DNA of 24,000 nt from Methanobacterium sp. MBAC-LM (GCF_049677355.1 NZ_CP187261.1:1815876-1839875); one strand, 5' to 3'. Shown: positions 8,919 through 17,162, counted from the first letter of the stretch. The notes: generated by a model not told the origin, from the sequence alone. Numbers and translations: made by a program.

Positions 8919-8943
8919 TGCAGATTAATTCTTTTAATCTGCA
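8919..8943. terminator. Perfect 10-bp-stem hairpin at the convergence point of the ExbD-like and FmdE-like genes
   Basis: TGCAGATTAA-ttctt-TTAATCTGCA at 8919-8943. The right arm includes the stop codon and last codons of the FmdE-like gene. On the minus strand it is followed by TTTTATTAATTTTTTG. On the plus strand a T6 run lies at 8892-8897. Confidence 0.45.
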
Positions 8944-9536
8944 CAAAACTGACAGACAGGTTTGCCATCCTCAATAATTTCTTTTTTATCCATTACATGT
9001 TCGCCACAGACTGAACATGTTACTATATGCTGTGGAATGCCAGGAATTCCAGTATCATCTATTTGCAATTCCACTAAAGAAAGCAGATCCTCATCTGGCA
9101 TTTCAGATAGTTTTTTAATTGCAGACTTCTTTTCTTCCATAACCTTAGGCATATTTTTTTCTTTAGCTAGTTCTGCTACATTTTTAAACCATGTCCAAAG
9201 GCCCGGAGTGGAATCCACCAGATCATCTTTTGCAGATACCCTTACTGCTTCTCCAGTAGTCATATCCACAAATGTAGCCACAAATTTACCATAATCTCTG
9301 CATTTTAGAGTTCTGCGGCCAACAGTACATCCTGTTATTGCCTGTATAGCATCAGGCATGCATCTATCTGTTTCTACAGTTACTATAAGGTTCTCATTTG
9401 GTTCTAGAGGATCCATATTAAGCTTTTTCATAGCTGCGATACTCATTCGGGTCCCCATAATTACGCCCGGACACACTTCACCGTGCAAATCTTTTGCTCT
9501 ATTAAGTAAAACTTCATAATCATTCATATTTTTCAC
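8934..9536 (-). CDS. FmdE-family protein with a C-terminal Zn-ribbon
   Basis: The N-terminal HGEVCPGVIMGTRMS and DRCMPDAIQAITGCTVG motifs are typical of the FmdE domain. The C-terminus has CSVCGEHV...KPVCQFC (CxxC...CxxC). SD GGTGA lies 5 nt before the ATG, and a TATA-like TTTAAATATATAAG (minus strand) lies about 30-40 nt upstream. Confidence 0.8.
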   Translation of the reverse strand: MKNMNDYEVLLNRAKDLHGEVCPGVIMGTRMSIAAMKKLNMDPLEPNENLIVTVETDRCMPDAIQAITGCTVGRRTLKCRDYGKFVATFVDMTTGEAVRVSAKDDLVDSTPGLWTWFKNVAELAKEKNMPKVMEEKKSAIKKLSEMPDEDLLSLVELQIDDTGIPGIPQHIVTCSVCGEHVMDKKEIIEDGKPVCQFCAD

Positions 9537-10012
9537 CTTTACTTATTTCAAAGTTGTATTTAACGTCTTATATATTTAAACATGACGAAAAAAGTAATTC
9601 AAACTTTTAAGATGAACTTTAATCAATTAAATATAAGTTATAATTTTCTCGTGATGTTTTCAAATGAAACTTGAAAAGTTCTTTCAAATTATCACCTGAT
9701 AAAATAGACATCAAAAAAACTGGTTTATGATATGGCTTTCAAAATTTAAAATATTTATAACACTCTACTCAATTAATTTATTAAGATCAAAAAGAAAATA
9801 ATTTATATAATGAATTCTATTTACAAAATTAGTTCATAGTTCAAGCTTTTGTTATCTAAAATTGATTATTACTATTTCTACCAAAAATCCCTTTTTAGTA
9901 GTACTTTTTTATTACATTTTTTACTAAAATCGACAAATAAGTAATACTTACGAAAATGTTTATATTATAAAAAATAGAACCTATTTTGTATAAATCAAGG
10001 AGATTTAATAAT

Positions 10013-10687
10013 ATGCATATACCTAACGGTTTTATTCCTTTGTGGCAGTGTGCCATTTATTTTGTTATACTTTTTATTGCATTGTATTTCTCCCAGAGAT
10101 GGGCTAGAAAGAATCTTGATGAACGGTCAGTTCCTTTAATGGCTGTTTTCGCCGCTGGTATATTTGCTATAATGTCCATGAATATTCCCGTAGCTTTTGG
10201 TACAAGCGGACATATGGTAGGTGGAGCTTTAATCGCGCTTGTGTTCTGTGCTCCAGAAGCGGCAGTTATAGTATTCACATTAGTACTCTTAGTTCAAGCT
10301 TTATTCTTCGGTGATGGAGGAATAACAGTTTTAGGTGCTAACGTACTTAATATGGGCATTATAGGAGGATTTGTAGGACTTTATGGATTCCGTGCCCTTA
10401 GAAAAATAGTAGGAAAAATACCTGCTATAGCCATAGCATCATGGTTATCAATATTTATAGCAGCAGAAGCAGTTGCAGTTGAAATGTGGCTGGCTGGAAC
10501 ATTCCCGCTCATAGCAGGACTTGAAATGATGGGAATATACCACGCACTAATAGGGATCATCGAGGCAATTCTAACGGTTGTTGTAATTATGGCATTAGAA
10601 AATGTGCGCCCAGACTTACTGGCATGGAACCGGAAGAAGAAAACAGATGATACAAAATCTGAAAAACTAGAGGTGGCATCAAAATGA
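10013..10687 (+). CDS. cbiM: ECF transporter substrate-capture (S) component, CbiM/NikM family (Ni or Co)
   Basis: Start placed at ATG 10013 so that the product begins MHIPNGF. The Met1-His2 N-terminus is the metal-ligating element of CbiM/NikM. A conserved GTSGHMVGG His motif and a multi-TM profile are present. AAGGAG lies about 10 nt upstream. The track start TTG 9986 would bury the N-terminus. Confidence 0.85.
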   Translation: MHIPNGFIPLWQCAIYFVILFIALYFSQRWARKNLDERSVPLMAVFAAGIFAIMSMNIPVAFGTSGHMVGGALIALVFCAPEAAVIVFTLVLLVQALFFGDGGITVLGANVLNMGIIGGFVGLYGFRALRKIVGKIPAIAIASWLSIFIAAEAVAVEMWLAGTFPLIAGLEMMGIYHALIGIIEAILTVVVIMALENVRPDLLAWNRKKKTDDTKSEKLEVASK

Positions 10688-10989
10688 GCCCAAGAGATAA
10701 GAAATTTGTCCTGGCAGGTTTAGCAATCTGTATAATAATTGCAGTTCTAGCACCATTTATAGCTTCAAGCAATCCAGATGGGCTAGAAAAAACCGCAGAA
10801 GATATATCCACTACTCAAGAGTCAAACAGCTACAACGCACCAATGTCAGACTACATGATACCTCTTTTAGGGGAAGACAATCCTTACGGTGGAGTACTAG
10901 CGTTAATTATAGGCATTTTAATAACTTTAGCAATCGCATACATTGCAGCAGTTTTATTGCGAAGAAGAAAACCAGAATCATTGGAATAA
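10684..10989 (+). CDS. PDGLE-domain small membrane protein (NikN/CbiN-like auxiliary component)
   Basis: 101 aa with two TM helices flanking an extracytoplasmic loop that contains the literal motif PDGLE ([13 protein letters not shown]). Its start overlaps the cbiM stop as ATGA (10684-10687), which indicates translational coupling. Confidence 0.75.
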   Translation: MSPRDKKFVLAGLAICIIIAVLAPFIASSNPDGLEKTAEDISTTQESNSYNAPMSDYMIPLLGEDNPYGGVLALIIGILITLAIAYIAAVLLRRRKPESLE

Positions 10990-11010
10990 ATATTTTCAGG
11001 AGATAGATCA

Positions 11011-11808
11011 ATGAACACCAATTCAATTCTCAATTTAGAAAATGAAACTATGAAGGAAAGTTTTCTCCATCTGTTAGATGGACGAATCAAATTAGTGATA
11101 CTGGTGTTCATTACAATTTATGCGGTTTACACTACAGAACCGATGATTCTTGTTTTACTTGAAGTTTATCTTTTATTATTGATTTACTTGTCTCAAATCT
11201 CATTTAAAACTACTTTAAAGAGAGTATTATTACTTTTGCCATTTGGAGGTTTGATTATAGTATTTCAACCATTCATACATCCAGGTAATGTAATGTATGC
11301 TTTGCCGTTTGGTATCAACGTTACTTATGAAGGTTTAACATTTGGAATACTATTAATGTCGCGCCTTATTGTTTCTCTAACTGCAATCGTGCTTTTATCA
11401 TCCATAAGTCCTATGCAGGAGGTAGTGCAATCCTTCAGGAAGTTAGGTATGCCCAAAGAATTTGCAATGATATTCAGCCTCATGATCAGATTTTTGTTCA
11501 TGTTCTTCGATGAATTAGACGCAATAAGAAATGCACAGGCAACCCGAAACTTTGACATATTTAACAAAAAAACACCATACATGTGGAGAATGAAACAAAT
11601 TGGTTACACCATAATGATGATGTTTTTAAGGGCTTATGAACGTGGTGAAACTGTTTACCTTAGCATGGTAAGCCGGGGGTATTCAGATAAATCACAGCTT
11701 TATAATGATGAAAACAAGAAGATAGGTTCAAAAGAGTATGTTTTCACAGGGATAACTGTGGCACTGGTAGTATGCCTTGAAATTGCCCATTATTTTTTAA
11801 TTGTGTAA
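11011..11808 (+). CDS. cbiQ: ECF transporter transmembrane (T) component CbiQ/EcfT
   Basis: 265 aa, polytopic. The coupling-helix region has Arg-containing motifs (MIRFLFMFFDELDAIRNAQATRNF) typical of CbiQ/EcfT. GGAGAT lies 6 nt before the ATG. It directly follows the M and N components. Confidence 0.8.
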   Translation: MNTNSILNLENETMKESFLHLLDGRIKLVILVFITIYAVYTTEPMILVLLEVYLLLLIYLSQISFKTTLKRVLLLLPFGGLIIVFQPFIHPGNVMYALPFGINVTYEGLTFGILLMSRLIVSLTAIVLLSSISPMQEVVQSFRKLGMPKEFAMIFSLMIRFLFMFFDELDAIRNAQATRNFDIFNKKTPYMWRMKQIGYTIMMMFLRAYERGETVYLSMVSRGYSDKSQLYNDENKKIGSKEYVFTGITVALVVCLEIAHYFLIV

Positions 11809-11957
11809 AACCTTATTTTTACTATTTTTAATGAAATTAACAAGATATGGTTTAAAAACACATATTTCATTATAAAAATTGTTTAGCAATCTGATAACAT
11901 CAAACCAACAATTATTAAATACGTATTAGTTCAAAATAAAAAAAAATAGAAGTTAAT

Positions 11958-13031
11958 TTATATTTGCGGTTCCAGCCTTTTAATCATAAATGCTAAAAAT
12001 CCAACGATCAGTGGGAAAAGGAACAGGTATAAGATTAAAAGAACCACTGGAGGGAACATACTGCCGCCCATAACAGTTGATGCCGCAATCAGCATGATCA
12101 TGAGAATTACAGGCCCAAGTATAGCGACAAACATGTATATCATAGTGAATGAATTTAATTTTTGAGCGTAATCCTTCAGTTTCATTCTCATTTCATATGC
12201 TACATCTTCTGCTATAACATTGAGTGTCCTTGAAAGATCCCCACCACTTGCTAAAGTTCGGGTTATCTGATGAACTGCTCTTTTCATCCCATCAGAGTCT
12301 ATCCGTTCGCTCATATCCATTAATGCATTTTCTGTTGTTTCCCCATACTTAATTTCCTCTAATGTTCGTGCAAATTCTTCAGAAAGTGGACCGTATCCAG
12401 ATAAAGCTACAGATCTCATACTTTCATGAAGACCAAGTCCTGCACGAAGTTCAGTTGCCATCTGCCTTAAAGCGTATGGCAGTTCTCTTGATGCTTCATT
12501 TGACTTTTTCCCTTTCTGCATTTTAGGCAGGAAAATGATCATAACAGACATTAAAAATATTAACATTCCAAATACAAGACCTATCTCGATTCCAAAACCG
12601 AGAACGGTCATTATCACCAGGATTAAAACAAATGATACTGCACCCATTCCCATAATTAATTTAGGGTCTATGCCTTCTTTTTCTTCTTCTTTAAGAAGTT
12701 CTTCAAGTGATGCCTTCTGATATGCATCCCTTTGAGCCTTATCTTCTTTAGGTTTATCAGCTCGTTCATATTTTTTATCGATGAGTTCCTTAAACATCTG
12801 AATCTCATCTTTATCCATTTTCATCCGTTCTATAACACGAGGAGACTCCTTATTTAACGATCCCAGCCCCCTAGATCCAAGACTTCGAGATCCAAGACCT
12901 GATCGGGACTTTGCTCTCATATCGTTTAGCTTACTTACAGGTACCTGTACGCCCTCCCCTACCTTCTTACTTGAGTCAATCGTAGCTCCGCCGAGCATGT
13001 CGAAGATTTTTTTAAGGCCATCAAAAGCCAT
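11958..13031 (-). CDS. Type II secretion system F-family platform protein (TadB/TadC or FlaJ-like), single T2SS-F domain
   Basis: The C-terminal roughly 200 aa match the T2SS-F pattern: a cytoplasmic helical domain ([23 protein letters not shown]...[12 protein letters not shown]) flanked by TM helices. The N-terminal roughly 120 aa are a charged extension with an (S/G)LGSR x3 repeat. GGTGAT lies 3 nt before the ATG, and the gene starts 22 nt after the ATPase gene. Confidence 0.75.
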   Translation of the reverse strand: MAFDGLKKIFDMLGGATIDSSKKVGEGVQVPVSKLNDMRAKSRSGLGSRSLGSRGLGSLNKESPRVIERMKMDKDEIQMFKELIDKKYERADKPKEDKAQRDAYQKASLEELLKEEEKEGIDPKLIMGMGAVSFVLILVIMTVLGFGIEIGLVFGMLIFLMSVMIIFLPKMQKGKKSNEASRELPYALRQMATELRAGLGLHESMRSVALSGYGPLSEEFARTLEEIKYGETTENALMDMSERIDSDGMKRAVHQITRTLASGGDLSRTLNVIAEDVAYEMRMKLKDYAQKLNSFTMIYMFVAILGPVILMIMLIAASTVMGGSMFPPVVLLILYLFLFPLIVGFLAFMIKRLEPQI

Positions 13032-13053
13032 TCTATCACCACATCGCCATTAT

Positions 13054-14937
13054 CTATAATATCTTATCTAAAACTTCATCAGGGTCTCTATAATAGTCAC
13101 TGATCCATTCTCCAACTTCTGTAATGGACCTAATGTTGTTATCTCCCATGTACTCCAGTACTAACCTTCTCTTTTCAATTTCCTCTTCAATTTCAGTGAT
13201 GGTTATTCCACGAAGTTCAGCCATTTCCCGTAGTGTCTGGCTTGCAATACCAACATATTCTACCTTATCAACCATGTTGTTCCATTCAAATACTCTGTTC
13301 AGCTGCACATTACCTTCTTCCATACCTACAACTTCTGCAACTTCAGTTATTCTCCTTATAGACCCTCCTTCAGGTCGATACATCCTATTCTGCATTATTA
13401 TAAAGTCTAAAGCAGGTATCATAATATTTGGAACATTCATTGGAGGATTTATAAGCCTTGTTATTGTTTCACGCGCAGTATTAGCGTGAAGTGTACCAAA
13501 TCCAGAGTGTCCAGTATTTAAAGCTGTGAAAAGAGTTATTGCTTCACCACCCCTTACTTCCCCTACAATTACCCTGTCCGGCCTCTGCCTGAGGGAGTTT
13601 TTAACCAGGTGATCCATGTTCAGTTCTCCTTTTCCCTCAATGTTAGGTGGACGGGTTTCCATACGCAAAACGTGGGCGTGAGGTAGCTGCAGCTCTAATG
13701 TATCTTCTATAGTGATTATTCTCTCACGAGGAGGAGTAAATGAAGTTACCGTGTTCAATGTTGTAGTTTTACCAGAACCAGTACCTCCAGCTATAATTGC
13801 GTTACATGGCTTAACTCCAAGCCCATCAACACAAACCCATAAAAATCCTGCTAAATGAGATGACATGGTTTTAAAGTTAATTAAATCAATAACAGTTAAT
13901 GGATCTTTACGGAATTTTCGTATAGTTAAAGATGAACCATCTGCAGATACCGGAGGGATGGTTGCATTTACCCTTGAACCATCTTCCAACCTTGCATCCA
14001 GGATAGGTGTTTGCTGGTCTATTCTACGGTTTACCTGCCTTGCAATAACATCTATAATCGCTTTAATATCAGTATCATCATCAAAAACAACATTTGTCTG
14101 CATCATTCCCAGTTTTCGGTGGTAGACAAACACAGGGTTGCTTGTTCCAATTACCATTATTTCTTCCAGATCATCATCTTTAATCATAGGATCCAGTTCA
14201 CCATACCCCAGCATTTCCTGAGATATTTGTGCTGCAAGTTTATCAGTGTCCCTTACTCCCTTCATTTTCAGGAATTCTTTAACTTCACCTGCAAATGACT
14301 CTTCATTAACTTTGAAATTGTCACCTTGAGAAACAGCAACTTCAACCAGCTTTTCACGAATCTCATTAAGCAGCTGCCTTTCCCTTTCGGTAAATTTAGG
14401 GACAGACACGTTGTAAAGAGGAATTAATCCATCTTCAATTATTTCAGCTTTTATTCCGCTTGAGGTCTTTTTCATCTTTTTAGGACGTCTTTTTGGCTTT
14501 TCAGCGGTTTTTTCTGCAGGCTCTTTAAACATTCTACTTGAATCAGATTTGCTTATGGAGCCTCCCATTATGTTGTCCAGTTTGAACCCATCGTCATCAT
14601 CATCGAAAAAAGATCTTCTTTTATGTTCCGATTTATCTTCCAGATAATCAGATCGTCCGCCCAAATCTTGACTTTCAGATTTGTCCTCTGCATATTCTGA
14701 TCTTCCCATCAAATTCTGTTTTTGAGATCTATCCTCTGCATATTCTGACTTTTCCAACAAATCCTGCCTTTCTTTTCTGTGTTCAGTCTGCATTGGTTCG
14801 TATTCTTGCCTTTTAACTGGTTCTTCGGTTACTTCATTTTCCCGTTCATCATCGTCCTTGTTAAAATCATCACTGGAACCAAATTCCCCTAAAAGATCCC
14901 TGAGTATTTCTTTCCGCTTATTTTTCATATGCCTCAC
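13054..14937 (-). CDS. Type II/IV secretion system ATPase (FlaI/TadA/VirB11-like hexameric ATPase) with a long acidic repeat-containing N-terminal extension
   Basis: Walker [13 protein letters not shown], Asp box ITIEDTLEL, Walker [13 protein letters not shown] and His box [12 protein letters not shown]. The first roughly 190 aa are low-complexity and acidic. The likely start is ATG 14928 (GTGAGG 3 nt upstream) rather than the track start GTG 14937. Confidence 0.85.
   Translation of the reverse strand: MRHMKNKRKEILRDLLGEFGSSDDFNKDDDERENEVTEEPVKRQEYEPMQTEHRKERQDLLEKSEYAEDRSQKQNLMGRSEYAEDKSESQDLGGRSDYLEDKSEHKRRSFFDDDDDGFKLDNIMGGSISKSDSSRMFKEPAEKTAEKPKRRPKKMKKTSSGIKAEIIEDGLIPLYNVSVPKFTERERQLLNEIREKLVEVAVSQGDNFKVNEESFAGEVKEFLKMKGVRDTDKLAAQISQEMLGYGELDPMIKDDDLEEIMVIGTSNPVFVYHRKLGMMQTNVVFDDDTDIKAIIDVIARQVNRRIDQQTPILDARLEDGSRVNATIPPVSADGSSLTIRKFRKDPLTVIDLINFKTMSSHLAGFLWVCVDGLGVKPCNAIIAGGTGSGKTTTLNTVTSFTPPRERIITIEDTLELQLPHAHVLRMETRPPNIEGKGELNMDHLVKNSLRQRPDRVIVGEVRGGEAITLFTALNTGHSGFGTLHANTARETITRLINPPMNVPNIMIPALDFIIMQNRMYRPEGGSIRRITEVAEVVGMEEGNVQLNRVFEWNNMVDKVEYVGIASQTLREMAELRGITITEIEEEIEKRRLVLEYMGDNNIRSITEVGEWISDYYRDPDEVLDKIL
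14608..14751 (-). repeat. In-frame 48-bp (16-aa) tandem repeat, about 3 copies, in the 5' part of the secretion ATPase gene
   Basis: The exact 16-mer CCTCTGCATATTCTGA occurs at 14685-14700 and 14733-14748, a 48-nt period. The peptide units are [32 protein letters not shown] and [16 protein letters not shown]. Confidence 0.8.
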
Positions 14938-14985
14938 GATACCCTATAGCTACGTATTTATATAGCCTATCCAATATTTAAGTAT
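14938..14985. promoter_or_regulatory. Compact 48-bp divergent promoter region with two TATA-like boxes
   Basis: TTTATATA at 14957-14964 has its centre about 25 nt upstream of ATG 14986, which has no SD. On the minus strand, TTAAATAT (reverse complement of 14973-14980) lies about 45-50 nt upstream of ATG 14928. A TATAGC direct repeat occurs at 14945 and 14961. Confidence 0.45.
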
Positions 14986-15966
14986 ATGGAAACACAGTGT
15001 AGGTGTGGGGATGCATGCATACAACCCGCTTCAACGGTTTTAAAAGATATTGAATCATTTTACAGGGCATGTACCCTCTGTAAAACATGGAACTTAAAGA
15101 AATTTTCACCATTAGCCAGCCAAATCGATATAGGCAAAATTAATACAACTTTTGGACTTTGTGATTGCGGCAGGAGGCACCTCGATATTGTAATTGCACA
15201 TGTCCTGAGAATAATGATTGATGAGGGAATAAAAGATGAAAGATCAACATTAAGAGATACATGCGTTCCAATTATAACCCCTGCATATCCTCTGAATTCA
15301 GCCCCATATCTACCAGAAAATTCTCTGGTAATATTATCCAATGAAGTAAATGATAAATGCGCTCAAAGGATAGTAAACGAAGTTCGTGAAGTTAAAGGAG
15401 TTCTTAAAGGGAATATAAGGGAAACTGCAGGGATAAAAGACTCTGATCTCAGCCCCAATGTATATGAGCTTTTAGCAGGGTGTGATATGCGGTGTGATAT
15501 CGTTCAGACACCCTACGGAACATTATGCGTCCACAAAGATCAAGGAAAAATACACATAGAATTTCCACAGGTTAAATCTCCCAAAATTGAAATCCTGCAA
15601 AATATTTTAGAAAAATATGATGCGCCTTCGGTCCTGGATTGTACCTGCGGGCCAGGGACACTCGGCATTACTTGCCTTAAAGCCGGAGCCAGAGAAGTTG
15701 TCTTCAATGATATCTGGTCCCCCGCGGTGGTAATGACTGCAATTAATCTAGAAACAAATGGATTTCCAGTGGAAAAATGGAATCCTGATGAAGAGGTAAT
15801 TGCAGAGGGGGAAAAATTTAAGGTCCTTTCTTTAGATATAAGGCAGTTAGGGGACGTTCTAGATAAAAAGTTTGATATCTGCATCATTGACGCGTTTCCT
15901 GGTGTTGACACCACTGAATTTGTGGAGGCAGCAGGCAGATTAGGTAAAGAAGTAGTTGTGATTTAA
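14986..15966 (+). CDS. Putative class I SAM-dependent methyltransferase (Trm1-like motif arrangement) with an N-terminal Cys-rich domain
   Basis: The C-terminal roughly 120 aa carry motif I VLDCTCGPGTLG, an acidic loop EVVFNDI..AV....N...NGF and a motif-IV-like ICIIDAFPGVDTTEFVEAA. This resembles the TRM1 pattern (NDI...N, D-P-F-G...F...A). The N-terminal roughly 200 aa hold CxCxxxC, CxxC and CxC clusters. No SD precedes the only plausible start. Confidence 0.5.
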   Translation: METQCRCGDACIQPASTVLKDIESFYRACTLCKTWNLKKFSPLASQIDIGKINTTFGLCDCGRRHLDIVIAHVLRIMIDEGIKDERSTLRDTCVPIITPAYPLNSAPYLPENSLVILSNEVNDKCAQRIVNEVREVKGVLKGNIRETAGIKDSDLSPNVYELLAGCDMRCDIVQTPYGTLCVHKDQGKIHIEFPQVKSPKIEILQNILEKYDAPSVLDCTCGPGTLGITCLKAGAREVVFNDIWSPAVVMTAINLETNGFPVEKWNPDEEVIAEGEKFKVLSLDIRQLGDVLDKKFDICIIDAFPGVDTTEFVEAAGRLGKEVVVI

Positions 15967-15989
15967 GTTTTAATTAATGAGGGAATAAC

Positions 15990-16343
15990 ATGAGCATAGA
16001 AATAGGCAACAGAGTATTTGACGGCCCCCATCTCCTTAAAGATTGGGATCCATTGAACTTTCCTGCAATTTATGCTGTTTTAATGAAGCCAGACCCTAAA
16101 AATGAACCTGAAAGTTATCAGCTCCTGTATATCTGCGAGTCAAGTGAGTTTTCAGGGCTTGAATCTGGTCTTGATCATCCAAAATATGAATCCTGGTTTA
16201 AAGAAGCGGGTTTTAAAAGCAACATTTATATCGGTGCACATGTGATGCCTAATTCTACTTTTGAAGATAGAAAATTGTTAAAGAACGCGCTTATAAGTAT
16301 GTATGGGCCTGTTTGTAATTCTCAAAGTAATGCTGAAGAATAG
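15990..16343 (+). CDS. Small conserved hypothetical protein with a degenerate GIY-YIG-like signature
   Basis: 117 aa. GAGGGA lies 5 nt before the ATG, and the gene starts 23 nt after the methyltransferase stop. The pattern PAIYAVLMKPDPKNEPESYQLLYICES...HPKYESW...NIYIGAHVMP...R..L.NALISMYGPVCN resembles, from memory, a family of small GIY-YIG-like proteins. Confidence 0.4.
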   Translation: MSIEIGNRVFDGPHLLKDWDPLNFPAIYAVLMKPDPKNEPESYQLLYICESSEFSGLESGLDHPKYESWFKEAGFKSNIYIGAHVMPNSTFEDRKLLKNALISMYGPVCNSQSNAEE

Positions 16344-16502
16344 ATAATTTTGACTTATTTTTAACTTATTCTAATTTTGATAACTCACTAAGTACAAAAT
16401 AGGAAGAGTTAATAAGGGAATTTGAATATAAACTTTTAATTACAAATATCAAACTACTTTTCCTTAAAGATATTATTAAACGATTTTTAATGGGGGTATC
16501 AA

Positions 16503-17162
16503 GTGGGCTATTTAATCTGCAATAAATGCAAGAGCTATTATAAATTACAATATGGTGAGTCTGCAAAAGATTTTGCCCATAAATGCAATTGTAGTGGTAA
16601 ATTAAGATATGTTGAAAATTTAGATATCATAGATCCCAAATGGAAACAAGTTTCACTTAGAAAAAAACCTGCAAAAAAAGAAATTCTCAAAAAAAAGATA
16701 TTTTCATTTCCAGCGGATATAAAAAACCGATTACATCAATTTTATTATAAAAACATTGGAAGACATATCTACAATGCTCGAAATCAACGCAGAATGCATA
16801 GAAGTCCTCCGGGCATGCAGGCAGGTTTTATAAATTCCATATTAAATGAGCTCAATTTCCAAAATATCGGGTGGATTTTAGTAGTACCATCAACAATAGC
16901 AATAACTCTAATATTAACCTTTACAAGCGGTATATTTACACTTATACCATTTCTAATATTGGTGATTATTGGTTACTTATCTGAAAACATGATAATTGGA
17001 ACTAAAAATGCAGTAATCACCGGTGCGGTATCCTTCTTTTTAGGAAGTCTTTTTACAGGCTCGTTCCTCTATATAATACTATATTTGATATTGGGAATTA
17101 TTAATGGAGGGGTATGTGGACTTATAGGAGGATACATTAAAACAAGAAGATTAACTTACTAA
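16503..17162 (+). CDS. Zn-ribbon membrane protein (hypothetical)
   Basis: GTG start with GGGGGT 5 nt upstream. The N-terminus has CNKC...CNCSG (CxxC-N18-CxC). A basic linker follows, then a C-terminal hydrophobic region of about 90 aa with about three TM helices. Confidence 0.5.
   Translation: MGYLICNKCKSYYKLQYGESAKDFAHKCNCSGKLRYVENLDIIDPKWKQVSLRKKPAKKEILKKKIFSFPADIKNRLHQFYYKNIGRHIYNARNQRRMHRSPPGMQAGFINSILNELNFQNIGWILVVPSTIAITLILTFTSGIFTLIPFLILVIIGYLSENMIIGTKNAVITGAVSFFLGSLFTGSFLYIILYLILGIINGGVCGLIGGYIKTRRLTY

Noticed and set aside
9582-9674. 30-codon + strand ORF (MTKKVIQTFKMNFNQLNISYNFLVMFSNET) in the fmdE-cbiM spacer
   Set aside because: It has no SD, it starts inside the TATA region of the divergent FmdE-like gene, and its composition is typical of random AT-rich sequence.
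9921-9944. TTACT-N14-AGTAA inverted repeat just upstream of the cbiM TATA box as a NikR-type operator (also GTTTTA-N13-TAAAAC at 7148-7172)
   Set aside because: Five- to six-bp arms made of A/T-rich words are expected by chance in this spacer, and the sequences do not match a NikR consensus I can recall with confidence. They are kept only as a note, not as features.
9986-10012. TTG-initiated 9-codon N-terminal extension of cbiM given in the ORF track
   Set aside because: CbiM/NikM function requires a free Met1-His2 N-terminus. ATG 10013 yields MHIPNGF and has an AAGGAG SD upstream, whereas the TTG has none.
16366-16566. 66-aa minus-strand ORF
   Set aside because: It lies in an intergenic AT-rich region and overlaps the SD-supported start of the Zn-ribbon membrane protein gene. 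Its product is low-complexity.
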